Assembly (NCBI GenBank): GCA_037446135.1
Contig: JBBIJD010000008.1
Location: forward strand, 20,370-36,830
Direction of reading: 5' to 3'
DNA length: 16,461 nt
From: Candidatus Fraserbacteria bacterium
Lineage (GTDB): Bacteria > Bipolaricaulota > Bipolaricaulia > RBG-16-55-9 > JANLFV01
Within the stretch, counting starts at the first letter, position 1, and every line of letters begins with the position of its first letter. The position numbers and the translations under genes were made by a program. The notes beneath the pieces were generated by a model. It was not told where the DNA came from. It ran no database searches and was given only the letters and a program-made list of their open reading frames with translations. This document shows, piece by piece, positions 1 to 8,574 of this stretch.

Positions 1-836
1 AGGCTGAAGAACTCCTTCCGCTCGAGGCTGTCCTGGATCTTCTTCCGGTTGGTGTAGTAGAGCCACTCGCAGACCGGGGCGACACGGACCTCCCCGCCGA
101 GCCGCTCCACCATCCGGATGATCTGAGAGTTCCCGTAGTCATTGGCTCGGATATAGATCTCCCCTACGACCCCGATCAGGGGGCGCTCCTCCTCCCGGAC
201 CTGGATCGCGGCGAACCGCTCTACGGCCCGCTCCAGGGCGAGCCGGAGCCCCTTCCTCCCTCTCTCGGCCAAGGTAGCTCGGACCTCGCGGACCGCCTCG
301 CGGTAGACCCGATCGGTCTCGCCCTCCATAAGCTCATAGGGCCTGGTCTTCCAGAGGAGCTTCTGCAGAAGATCCACGGCGAGGAGCCCATACCAGGCAG
401 TCTTGCGGAACTCCTGTCCCAGGTCGCGGATGGTGTAGGAGTCGTAGGCCTCGACGGAGATCATGTCGATATCATACCCTAAGGAGGAGAAGATCATCTT
501 CTGGACATTGTAGTATTGGCCGAAGCGACAGGGGCCGCAGGAGGTGGGCATGAAGAGCGCAGCCTCCTTCGGATCGAAGCCGGGGGAATCGAGGAGCTTT
601 AAGAACTCGCCCGTCGTGAGGATGAAGGGGAGGCATTCCCCACCACTGGAGTATCGTCTTCCATACTCGAGGGTCTGGTCGTCATGGGGTGGGAGGACCT
701 CCCCCTTGATCCCGCACCAGGCGAGCGCCCCCACCAAAGCATGGGCGTGATCGCACATGTAGGGGAGGTAGACCGTCTTCTTCCGGTCGAATTGGCGCTT
801 CGCCGTCGGGGCGACCTCGATCCGCTTGCTACCCAT
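1..836 (-). CDS. 2-hydroxyacyl-CoA dehydratase/reductase-like protein (PlsR-like partner of the upstream CoA-activase protein); 3' end outside window
   Basis: Not in the ORF track (no stop in window). Manual translation from ATG 836 (or 839): MGSKRIEVAPTAKRQFDRKKTVYLPYMCDHAHALVGALAWCGIKGEVLPPHDDQTLEYGRRYSSGGECLPFILTTGE...FMPTSCGPCRFGQY...PLIGVVGEIYIRAN..., open to position 1. The ECLP, CGPCRFGQY and IGVVGEIY motifs are typical of this family. SD GGAGGT at 848-843; start overlaps the upstream TGA. Confidence 0.85.
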   Translation of the reverse strand, partial: MGSKRIEVAPTAKRQFDRKKTVYLPYMCDHAHALVGALAWCGIKGEVLPPHDDQTLEYGRRYSSGGECLPFILTTGEFLKLLDSPGFDPKEAALFMPTSCGPCRFGQYYNVQKMIFSSLGYDIDMISVEAYDSYTIRDLGQEFRKTAWYGLLAVDLLQKLLWKTRPYELMEGETDRVYREAVREVRATLAERGRKGLRLALERAVERFAAIQVREEERPLIGVVGEIYIRANDYGNSQIIRMVERLGGEVRVAPVCEWLYYTNRKKIQDSLERKEFFS

Positions 837-3800
837 CATCCGACCTCCATAGGGATGGCCGCCGGTGCAGGGGCTGCGGCAGAGGCGAGGTGGGAGAGCG
901 AGTCAAGATAGGCCTCGCAACGGGTCCGGATCCCCGCATCGGCGGAGTGCTCATCCAGCTCGAGGAAGAGGAGCGGCTCCTCCCCGAGGATCTGTCGGAC
1001 ATGGTGAACGATGAACGAATCCGGGCCGCACATGAAGTGCGAGAGGTAGACCCCGTGGAGATAGGGAGTCCGCTTAATGATCTCGGTGGCGCAGAGGATC
1101 CGCTTCCCACAGTTCCAGTGGACCGCGGCGAATGGGCGCCAATCGACCTCCTCCAAGGGGAGGAAGTCAAGAGGGATGGGGATGGCTCCCATCTCCCTCA
1201 GTTTCCCTGGGACATCCAGATTGAGCCCCCGGTCACAGCCGTTGTAAGAGCGGGCGAGGATCGCGATCCCTCGTCGCTTCGGCCCGAGCTCTCGGAGGAC
1301 CTCCTGGCCGCGCTCGCGGCAGGCCCGCTCGAAGGCTCGTTGGGCCGCCCAGGCCCTTTGGATCGCCTTCCGCACCTCAGAGCCATTAGCGCCGAGCCGC
1401 CTCCCCAGCCGATAGAGTTCTCCCGAGAGCCTCCTCGGGCGATAGAAGTGGAAGTGGTCCTGGAGGACCTCGACCTCGGCGAGGCGGGCGAAGTCAAATT
1501 GTCCGTTCGCGATGAAGGGCATCGCCTGGATGAGCGGGCAGTTGTGGTTGACCTGGGTGGTGAGCCCCTCGAAATCGGCATCGATCATCGCCGGGAGGAA
1601 GAGGTAATCGAGCCTCTCGGCCAGGAGGGCCTTGATGTGGCCATGGACGGCCTTGGAGGGGAGACAGGCGAGGGCTGTGGCCCCTTGGACCGCGGCCTTC
1701 AAGAGCTCGCGGTCAGTCTGGGGCGAGAGGAGGACCTCATATCCCAAGGAGAGGAAGAACTCCCGCCAGAAGGGGAATTTGTCCCAGAAGAGGAGGGCCC
1801 TCGGCATCCCGACCCGCCCGCGCCCTTTCCCTTCGGGCTTATAGCTGAGGAGGCCCTCATAGTCCTCCCTCCCGAAGATCAGCCTCGCCCGCTCCTCAAA
1901 GAGATCAGGGATATCGGGATGGACCCTCTTCCGCTGGAGCTCATCGAACTTGCCGCACCTTGAGCCGTAGAAGAGGGCCGGGCCGTCCTGGAACTTCACC
2001 TGCTTGATCTCACAGACATTGGCGCAGGCCCGGCAGGTGAAGTGCGAGACCTCGTAATTCCGGTCGAGCTCGAACCCCCGGAAGTTGGTCCTCTTCCCAT
2101 CACCATCGGCCCCCAGGGGTGCGCCTCCTTCCATCTCCTCTCGGACGAGGAGGGCCACTCCATAAGCCCCGGTCACATCGTGGTGCGGCGGGACGAGGAC
2201 CTCCTTCCCGGTGAGCTCCTGGAAGGCGGCGAGCACGGCCTTGTTGTGGGCCACTCCGCCCTGGAAGAGGATCCGCTCACCGATCTTCCGGTTCCCTACC
2301 ACCCGGTTCAGGTAGTTGTAGGCGATCGAGTAGGCCAGCCCGGCGATCAACTCCTCCTTGGAGGAGCCGCGCTGCTGGTGGTGAATCAGATCAGATTCCA
2401 TGAAGACGGTGCACCGCTCTCCGAGCGGAGCCGGTGCGGGACAGGCTAGTGCGATCTCGGAGAACTCCTCGATGGGGATCGCCAATCGGCCGGCCTGCTC
2501 CTCGAGGAACGAGCCGGTCCCGGCGGCACAGGCCTTGTTCATGGCGAAGTCGATGATCGCCCCATTCTTGAGGTGGATGAACTTCGAGTCCTGGCCGCCG
2601 ATCTCGAAGACCGTATCGACTTCGGGATCGATGGCCACCGCGGCGGTGGCTTGGGCGGTGATCTCATTCTTGACCAGATCGGCCCCCACGAATTTCCCGA
2701 TCAGCTCCCGCCCCGAGCCGGTCACACCGACCCCGAGGACCTTGAGCTTCCCTTCTGTCTGCCTCTCGATGATCTTCAAGCCCCGCCGGACGGCGAGCAA
2801 GGGGTCCCCACCAGTCCGGAGGTAGACCCAACTGAGCATCTGCCCCTGACGATCGATCGCCACAAGGTTAGTGGAGATGCTCCCCACATCGATCCCAAGA
2901 TAAGCCTCGACCTCGGTCTCACCCTCGAGTGAGCGCTCCTGGACCACGAGCTTCCGGCACGATGGGCGGAGGACTAGTCGCCGATGGGAGCCCTCATGGG
3001 CCTCGCGGGCCCTCGCCATGGCGAGGAGCCGCTCCCGCTGCTCCTCCCAGGAGAAGCGGATCTTCGGCCCTTCCTTGGCGATGAGGGCCGTCCCGATCGC
3101 GGCCATCAGGACCTGATACTTGGGGATGATCAGCTCGCCGGGCTCGAGGCCCAAGACCTCCTCGAAGGCCCGGACCATCCCAGGGTTCTTCGAGACTCCC
3201 CCTTGGAAGAGGATCGGCTTCTTGAACTCCTTCCCCCGGCCGATGTCGCTCCGGAAGTTCCGGGCCAGGGCATAGCATAGCCCGGCCACGATCTCCTTCG
3301 TCTCGACTCCCACCTGCTGGAGGTGGATGATATCGGACTTGGCGAAGACGGCGCACCGCCCGGCGATGTAAGGTGGGTTCTTTGCCTCCAATGCCAGGCG
3401 GGCGAACTCCTCGATGCTCATCCCCAGCCGCATCGCCTGTTGCTCGAGGAATGAGCCGGTCCCGGCCGCGCACTGGGTGTTCAGTGAGAAATCGACGAGG
3501 ACCGTCTCCTCGCCCTGGCGCTCGAGGAGGAGGAGCTTCGAGTCCTGGCCGCCGATCTCGATCACCGTCCTCGCCTCGGGATGGAACTTATTGATCGCCC
3601 TCACTTGGGCGATCAGCTCGTTCATGTGGAGCCCGCCGAGGAGCTGGGCGAAGAGCTCCCCGCCCGAGCCGCTCGTCCCCAGCCCGACGACCGCCTCTGA
3701 AGGGAGCCAGCTGAAGAGGTCATCGAGGATGGAGATGACCGTCGAGAGCGGCGCGCCGTGCGAGCGGCGATAGTAATCGCGGAGGAGCTCCTCCCGCCGG

Positions 3801-3913
3801 TCGAGGAGGACCACCTTGACCGTCACGGAGCCGACATCGATCCCTAAATAGCACTCTTCACCCATTAGCCGAGCCCTCTTGGGGAGTTTAGCACAAGCAA
3901 TGGAGCAGATCAA
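836..3913 (-). CDS. Acyl-CoA dehydratase activase-like protein: two ASKHA (BadF/BadG/BcrA/BcrD) ATPase domains plus a C-terminal DUF2229-type reductase domain; PlsA/Ger-like
   Basis: 1025-aa ORF with two repeats of YLGIDVGS...IEIGGQDSK...CAAGTGSFLE...RCxVF...FQGGV, a Cys cluster (CRACANVC...C) and a C-terminal domain (VGMPRAL, ACLPSK, NCPLIQ, FMCGPDSF, LELDEHSADAGIRTRCEA). Start is TTG 3913 (overlaps upstream TGA, GGAGG upstream) or ATG 3865. Confidence 0.9.
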   Translation of the reverse strand: MICSIACAKLPKRARLMGEECYLGIDVGSVTVKVVLLDRREELLRDYYRRSHGAPLSTVISILDDLFSWLPSEAVVGLGTSGSGGELFAQLLGGLHMNELIAQVRAINKFHPEARTVIEIGGQDSKLLLLERQGEETVLVDFSLNTQCAAGTGSFLEQQAMRLGMSIEEFARLALEAKNPPYIAGRCAVFAKSDIIHLQQVGVETKEIVAGLCYALARNFRSDIGRGKEFKKPILFQGGVSKNPGMVRAFEEVLGLEPGELIIPKYQVLMAAIGTALIAKEGPKIRFSWEEQRERLLAMARAREAHEGSHRRLVLRPSCRKLVVQERSLEGETEVEAYLGIDVGSISTNLVAIDRQGQMLSWVYLRTGGDPLLAVRRGLKIIERQTEGKLKVLGVGVTGSGRELIGKFVGADLVKNEITAQATAAVAIDPEVDTVFEIGGQDSKFIHLKNGAIIDFAMNKACAAGTGSFLEEQAGRLAIPIEEFSEIALACPAPAPLGERCTVFMESDLIHHQQRGSSKEELIAGLAYSIAYNYLNRVVGNRKIGERILFQGGVAHNKAVLAAFQELTGKEVLVPPHHDVTGAYGVALLVREEMEGGAPLGADGDGKRTNFRGFELDRNYEVSHFTCRACANVCEIKQVKFQDGPALFYGSRCGKFDELQRKRVHPDIPDLFEERARLIFGREDYEGLLSYKPEGKGRGRVGMPRALLFWDKFPFWREFFLSLGYEVLLSPQTDRELLKAAVQGATALACLPSKAVHGHIKALLAERLDYLFLPAMIDADFEGLTTQVNHNCPLIQAMPFIANGQFDFARLAEVEVLQDHFHFYRPRRLSGELYRLGRRLGANGSEVRKAIQRAWAAQRAFERACRERGQEVLRELGPKRRGIAILARSYNGCDRGLNLDVPGKLREMGAIPIPLDFLPLEEVDWRPFAAVHWNCGKRILCATEIIKRTPYLHGVYLSHFMCGPDSFIVHHVRQILGEEPLLFLELDEHSADAGIRTRCEAYLDSLSHLASAAAPAPAAIPMEVG

Positions 3914-5055
3914 CCATCGCCCCTCCCGAGGCGGGCGGCCTCATAGATCTCGAGGAGCCTTGCTGTAGAGGCCCGGGCAGTCCTCTCCCTGGCCCAGCGC
4001 TGGGCAGCCCCTCCCAACCGCTGGCGCTCCCGCTCGTCCTCCAAAAGCCGGAGGACAGCCTGGGCGAACTCTCCCTCATCCTCGTTCACCAAGAGGCCTG
4101 TCTCACCAGAGACTATGAGGTCGAGGACCCCTAAAGCCCCGATCGCGACCGGCGGAAGGCCGGCCATCATCGCCTCGAGGAGGACCAGCCCTTGGGTCTC
4201 GGTCTTCGAGGCGAAGACGAAGAGCGTGGCCTGCCTGTAGAGGTCGATCAGCCGCTCTCTCGGGAGGAAGCCGGTGAAGATCACCCTCCCTTGGAGGCCC
4301 AGCTCGGTGGCATAATCCTCGAGGGCCCGACGCTGAGGGCCCTCCCCGGCGAGGATCAGTCTCACTTTAGGCCAGTCCTTTAAGAGCCGCTTGTAGGCCC
4401 GGAGGAGGAACTCGAGGTTCTTCTCGAGCCCCAGCCGCCCGACATAGAGGAGGAGGTCCTCCTCCGGGAGGAGGCCGAGGGCCTTCCGGGCATCCCAGGA
4501 GCTCGGGCGGGCGAACTCCTCCTCATCGAGCCCGAAGGGGAGGGGATAGATCGGCCTGGTGATCCCATACCTTTCGAGCTCACGCTTCATCTGCTCTGAG
4601 GGGGCGATGATCGCCTGGCAGCGGTTGCAGAAGGCCCGGCTCAGCCGCTCGGTCAGCTCCCTTGAGGGGCGGATCGGGCGGGGGAGGTAGCGCCGGTATT
4701 CGGCGTAGAGGGTGTGGTAAGTGTGAATATGAGGGATCTCATATCTCCTGGAGGCCCAGAGCGCGAGCAGGCCCAGCGAGAAGGGATCATGAGAGTGGAG
4801 GATGTCTAGGCTTGGGATCAATTGGAGGGCCGAGCGGCTGTAGGGGAGGGCGATGCGCATCCCCTTGTAATAGCGGAAATTGGTGGAGGGGAAGCGATAG
4901 ACTCCGGGGGAATCGGCCCGAAAGCCAGGGTAGGCGGGGGCGAAGGTGTAGACCTCATGGCCGGCTCTCCTCAGCTCTTGCTCCATCAGCCGGACGACGG
5001 TGACCACGCCGTTGGCCTCGGGGAGATAAGTATCTGTGAAGAGCCCGATCCTCAT
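3910..5055 (-). CDS. GT4 glycosyltransferase, 1,2-diacylglycerol 3-alpha-glucosyltransferase-like (monoglycosyl-DAG synthase)
   Basis: MRIGLFTDTYLPEANGVV start, HTYHTLY, YVGRLGLEKN and FVFASKTETQGLVLLEAMMAGLP (GT4 EX7E motif) match the MGlcDAG synthase subfamily. ATGA overlap with the upstream gene. Confidence 0.88.
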   Translation of the reverse strand: MRIGLFTDTYLPEANGVVTVVRLMEQELRRAGHEVYTFAPAYPGFRADSPGVYRFPSTNFRYYKGMRIALPYSRSALQLIPSLDILHSHDPFSLGLLALWASRRYEIPHIHTYHTLYAEYRRYLPRPIRPSRELTERLSRAFCNRCQAIIAPSEQMKRELERYGITRPIYPLPFGLDEEEFARPSSWDARKALGLLPEEDLLLYVGRLGLEKNLEFLLRAYKRLLKDWPKVRLILAGEGPQRRALEDYATELGLQGRVIFTGFLPRERLIDLYRQATLFVFASKTETQGLVLLEAMMAGLPPVAIGALGVLDLIVSGETGLLVNEDEGEFAQAVLRLLEDERERQRLGGAAQRWARERTARASTARLLEIYEAARLGRGDG

Positions 5056-6068
5056 CCTCGGAGTAAGGCCGAGTAGAGCTCGACTAGCCTTGCTCCCACC
5101 CGCTCCAGTGAGTGCTCTTCCGCCAGCCGGCGGGCTGCGGCGCTGAGCCTCTCCCGGAGGGCCAGATCCTCGGCCACCATCTTGATCCTCTGGGCGAACT
5201 CCTCGACCTTTTGCCCCTTGAGGCAGTTCTCTCCTTCTACGAGCCAGCCCCGATATTCCGGGAGGTCGCGGACGACCAAGGGGAGGCCGCAGGCGGCGGC
5301 CTCGAGGAGGGCCATCGGCTGGTTCTCCCCCCAGGAGGGGAAGAAGAAGAGGTCAGCGGCCGAGAGGGCCCCTTGGATGTCCCGTGCGAAGCCGGGGAAC
5401 CTCAGGTTGGGCTGCTTGGCTGCGAGCACGAGCATCCGCTCCATCTTCGGGTGGTAGGCTAAGAGCCTGTTCCAGCGCTGGCCATACCAGACGAAATCAT
5501 ACTCCGGGAGGAGGCGGGCGACCGCGATGAAGTCCATTACCCCCTTCCGGGGGATGACATTCCCCGCGGAGGCGACGGTGAACCGCGAGAGCCTGAGCTC
5601 GCGGCGATAGCGCTCCCGCTTCTCCGGTGAGGGGCGGAGCTGCTCGACATCGACGCCGTTGGACACGACCGCGATCGGTGGCCGGAGCCCCTTCCCCTGG
5701 AGGAGCTCCTTGGCCCGGGCCGAGGGGGTGAAGATGGCATCCCCCTTTGAATAGAAGGTATGGAGGAGCCGCTCGTAGAGCGGGGCGATCAGGTTGGTGA
5801 GGGTAAAGCTATCGCGCAGGTCGTAGCTCCCGATGGAGTGAGCGTGGATGACCACTTTCCTCCCCAGGCGCCTGGCCCGCTTGAGGTAATAGAATGAGCG
5901 GGGGCCGTAGCTGTGGAGGTGGAGGATCTCATAATCCCCACGGGGGTCGGCCACCACCTCTACGCCCGCTGCCTCGAGCGCGCCCTTCTGGTTCCGGAAG
6001 GCCGTGAGGAACCCGGACTTCCGGACCAAGGGGAGGCCGCTGAACTCGAGGTAGAGGCAGACCTTCAT
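5052..6068 (-). CDS. GT4 glycosyltransferase, CpoA/diglycosyl-DAG synthase-like
   Basis: MKVCLYLE...KSG...Q..AL...DYEILHLHSYGP...VVIHAHS...D.RDSF N-terminus is characteristic of CpoA/alDGS-like enzymes; FFFPSWGENQPMALLEAAACG carries the GT4 motif. Confidence 0.85.
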   Translation of the reverse strand: MKVCLYLEFSGLPLVRKSGFLTAFRNQKGALEAAGVEVVADPRGDYEILHLHSYGPRSFYYLKRARRLGRKVVIHAHSIGSYDLRDSFTLTNLIAPLYERLLHTFYSKGDAIFTPSARAKELLQGKGLRPPIAVVSNGVDVEQLRPSPEKRERYRRELRLSRFTVASAGNVIPRKGVMDFIAVARLLPEYDFVWYGQRWNRLLAYHPKMERMLVLAAKQPNLRFPGFARDIQGALSAADLFFFPSWGENQPMALLEAAACGLPLVVRDLPEYRGWLVEGENCLKGQKVEEFAQRIKMVAEDLALRERLSAAARRLAEEHSLERVGARLVELYSALLRG

Positions 6069-6069
6069 C

Positions 6070-7539
6070 TCATCTTTGAGCCGGCCTGAGCGTGGGGAAG
6101 AGGATCACATCCCGGATCGAGCTCGTGTCGGTCAAGAGCATCACCAGGCGATCGACCCCGATCCCGAGCCCCCCGGTCGGAGGCATCCCATGCTCGAGTG
6201 AAGTGATGAAGTCCTCGTCCAGGACCTGGGCCTCCTCATCCCCCAGGCGACGGAACTCCTCCTGCTGACGGAACCGCTCGGCCTGGTCGAGCGGATCATT
6301 GAGCTCGGAGAAGGCATTCCCCAGCTCCAGCCCGCCGATGAAGAGCTCGAACCGCTCCACCAGGCCGGGTGAGTCAGCCTTCCGTTTCGCTAAGGGCGAG
6401 ATCTCTACGGGGTAGTCGAGGATGAAGGTCGGCTGGATCAGCTCCGGCTCGACATATTCGCTCAACAGCTCATCGACGAGCTTCCCCCAGGTCGGCTGGG
6501 GAGTGAGCCTAAGCCCCAAGCGGGCGGCCTCTTCTTCCAGGGCCGCTTTGCTGGTCTGCTTGGCAATGTCGAGCCCCGTCCGCTCGAGGATCGCCTCCCG
6601 CAGGGTCACTCGTCGCCAGGGCGGGCTCAGGTCGATCTCTCGCCCCTGATAGCTGATCTTGGTCCGGCCGAGGGCTTGCTGGGCGACGAAGGAGATCAAT
6701 TGCTCCGCCAATTCCATCATGTCATTGTAATCGGCGAAGGCCTGATAGCACTCCATCTGGGTGAACTCCGGGTTATGCTGGGTGGAGAGGCCCTCGTTCC
6801 GGAAGTCCTTCCCGATCTCATAGACCTTCGGGTAGCCCCCGATGATCAGCCGCTTCAGGTAGAGCTCATCTGAGATCCTCAAGAACATCTTCTGGCCCAA
6901 GGCATGGTGATAGGTCTCGAACGGCCTGGCCGCCGCTCCGCCGTAGATCGGCTGGAGAATCGGGGTCTCGACCTCGAGGAAGCTTCTCCCATCGAGGAAG
7001 GAGCGCATGGCGGAGATGATCCGGCTCCGCAGGGCGAACCGTGCCCGGACCTCGGGGTTGGCGAGGAGGTCGAGATACCTCTGGCGGTAGCGGAGCTCGA
7101 TGTCCCTCAGGCCGTGCCACTTCTCCGGCGGGGGACGGAGGGCCTTAGCGAGGAGGGTGAAGCGCTCGAGCTCGATCGAGAGCTCTCCGCGCTTAGTCTT
7201 GAAGATCGGCCCCTCCACCCCGAGGAAATCCCCGATGTCGAGGAGCTCGAGCAATTCGTAGCGCTCGGCCAGGCCGTCCTGATTCGCGTAGCCTTGGATC
7301 TTGGCCTCACCCCCCCACAAATCGAGGAAAGTCGCCCTCCCCATCCTTCGGAGAGCGGTGATCCGCCCGGCGAGCCGGACACGATGCTCAGTCCGCTCCG
7401 AGGGGGCCAGCCCGGCGAACCTCTCGACGACGGTGGCAATCTCTTCAGTAGTCCGGAAGGAGGCGGGATAGGGCTCGATCCCCCTCTCCCGTAGGAGCTT
7501 GAGCTTCCTCAGCCGTTCCTCGCGGAGTGAGCCTCCCAT
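6070..7539 (-). CDS. lysS: Lysine--tRNA ligase, class II
   Basis: PEKWHGLRDIELRYRQRYLDL, FLEVETP, GGAAARPF, ELYLKRLIIGG, FRNEG, HNPEFT and GMPPTGGLGIGVDRLVMLLT motifs. Confidence 0.98.
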   Translation of the reverse strand: MGGSLREERLRKLKLLRERGIEPYPASFRTTEEIATVVERFAGLAPSERTEHRVRLAGRITALRRMGRATFLDLWGGEAKIQGYANQDGLAERYELLELLDIGDFLGVEGPIFKTKRGELSIELERFTLLAKALRPPPEKWHGLRDIELRYRQRYLDLLANPEVRARFALRSRIISAMRSFLDGRSFLEVETPILQPIYGGAAARPFETYHHALGQKMFLRISDELYLKRLIIGGYPKVYEIGKDFRNEGLSTQHNPEFTQMECYQAFADYNDMMELAEQLISFVAQQALGRTKISYQGREIDLSPPWRRVTLREAILERTGLDIAKQTSKAALEEEAARLGLRLTPQPTWGKLVDELLSEYVEPELIQPTFILDYPVEISPLAKRKADSPGLVERFELFIGGLELGNAFSELNDPLDQAERFRQQEEFRRLGDEEAQVLDEDFITSLEHGMPPTGGLGIGVDRLVMLLTDTSSIRDVILFPTLRPAQR

Positions 7540-7545
7540 GCCGAG

Positions 7546-8028
7546 CTAGCCTCGCTTCTCGATCCCCAAGATCCGGTAGCTCGCCCTCCTCCCCCGCGGG
7601 AGCTCGACCTCGACCTCCTCACCGACATGGCGGCCGACGATCGCCCTTCCGACCGGCGACTCCACGGAGATCTTCCGCCGCTCGAGGTCGGCCTCCGCGG
7701 GATTGACCAGCTCGACGGTGTCGACCCGCCGCTGGCTGCGATCCTCCAGGATCACTCGAGAGCCGAGCCCGACGAATTCGGTGGAGATCTGCTCATCCTC
7801 GAGGATCTGGGCGTTGTCGAGGAGCTCCTCGAGGCGGCGGACCTCGGCTTCGTAATATTCTTGCTCCCGCATCAAGTCTAGGTATTCCTTGTTCTCCCGC
7901 AGCTCACGGCCGTGCTCCGCCGCCCGCTTCAACTGATTGGGGATCCGGTCATAGAGGATCTGGCGATATTCCTCCAACTGCTTCTTCTTCAGCTCATATC
8001 CGGCACGGGTTAATAGGATCTCAGCCAT
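7546..8028 (-). CDS. greA: Transcription elongation factor GreA family protein
   Basis: LLTRAGY, EHG.ELREN.EY, VGLGSRV and ISVESPVGRAIVG...GEEVEVELP; SD GAGGAG upstream. Confidence 0.92.
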   Translation of the reverse strand: MAEILLTRAGYELKKKQLEEYRQILYDRIPNQLKRAAEHGRELRENKEYLDLMREQEYYEAEVRRLEELLDNAQILEDEQISTEFVGLGSRVILEDRSQRRVDTVELVNPAEADLERRKISVESPVGRAIVGRHVGEEVEVELPRGRRASYRILGIEKRG

Positions 8029-8087
8029 CTCTCCTCACTCCCTGCTGATCAATTAGAAGCCGGGGCTCAAGTCAAGCTAGAACCCCC

Positions 8088-8480
8088 TTAAGATATTAGC
8101 GGGGGCGGAGGGGGATTGCAACCGCGCTGGCGCTGGGAGAGCCGGAGCCGGCGCGCGGCCCGGAGGAATTCCTCCCGTAGCTCTTCCTTGGAGAGCGCGC
8201 TCACACCGTCGCGGAGCTGGACGATCAGCTCGAGGCCGGAGAAGAGCCCCTTGTTCAAGCGGAAAGCCTCGCGGATCACCCGCTTCGCCCGGTTCCGGAC
8301 CACCGCCCCGCCGAGCCGCCGGACCGCCGTCAGCCCGAGCCGCGGCGGGCCATCGCTCTCGAGGTAGAAGATCTTGAAGTAGCGGCCCTGGAGGACCTTC
8401 CCCTGGCGGTAGATCCGCTGGAAGTCTCGGGCGGTGCGGAGCCGATTCTCCTTGGAGAAACGGTAATCCCCCATCTGCAT
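8088..8480 (-). CDS. rnpA: Ribonuclease P protein component
   Basis: FSKENRLRTARDFQRIY, RLGLT..RRLGGAVVRNRAKRVIREAFR (RNR motif). Start ATG 8480 or 8474; the 8591 start in the ORF track is probably too long. Confidence 0.95.
   Translation of the reverse strand: MQMGDYRFSKENRLRTARDFQRIYRQGKVLQGRYFKIFYLESDGPPRLGLTAVRRLGGAVVRNRAKRVIREAFRLNKGLFSGLELIVQLRDGVSALSKEELREEFLRAARRLRLSQRQRGCNPPPPPLIS
8093..8121 (-). promoter_or_regulatory. Putative sigma70 promoter for greA-lysS-GT-GT-activase operon, inside the rnpA 3' end
   Basis: Minus strand TTGCAA (8121-8116), 17-nt spacer, TAATAT (8098-8093); an AT-rich patch in a GC-rich background. Confidence 0.55.
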
Positions 8481-8490
8481 CTGCGGGACC

Positions 8491-8520
8491 AGCTTACCGC
8501 TTCTTGAGCAGCTCAGGCAA
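8491..8520 (-). promoter_or_regulatory. Putative sigma70 promoter of rnpA (very short or no leader)
   Basis: TTGCCT (8520-8515), 18-nt spacer, TAAGCT (8496-8491), 10 nt before ATG 8480; no SD. Confidence 0.45.
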
Positions 8521-8536
8521 GCCCGAGCGGGCGGAT

Positions 8537-8566
8537 TTGGCCGCCGCAGGCCACCCCGGCTATCAT
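8537..8566 (+). promoter_or_regulatory. Putative sigma70 promoter of uppP (leaderless-type)
   Basis: TTGGCC (8537-8542), 18-nt spacer, TATCAT (8561-8566), 8 nt before ATG 8575; no SD. Confidence 0.45.
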
Positions 8567-8574
8567 CGGCCAGA

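Noticed and set aside
890..1963. 357-aa plus-strand ORF and the many other antisense or alternate-frame ORFs in the track
   Set aside because: They overlap well-supported genes and are the shadow ORFs expected from GC-rich codon bias; no recognisable motifs.
8055..8075. TTGACT hexamer upstream of greA on the minus strand
   Set aside because: No -10 box at 16-18 nt spacing; the 8093-8121 candidate fits better.
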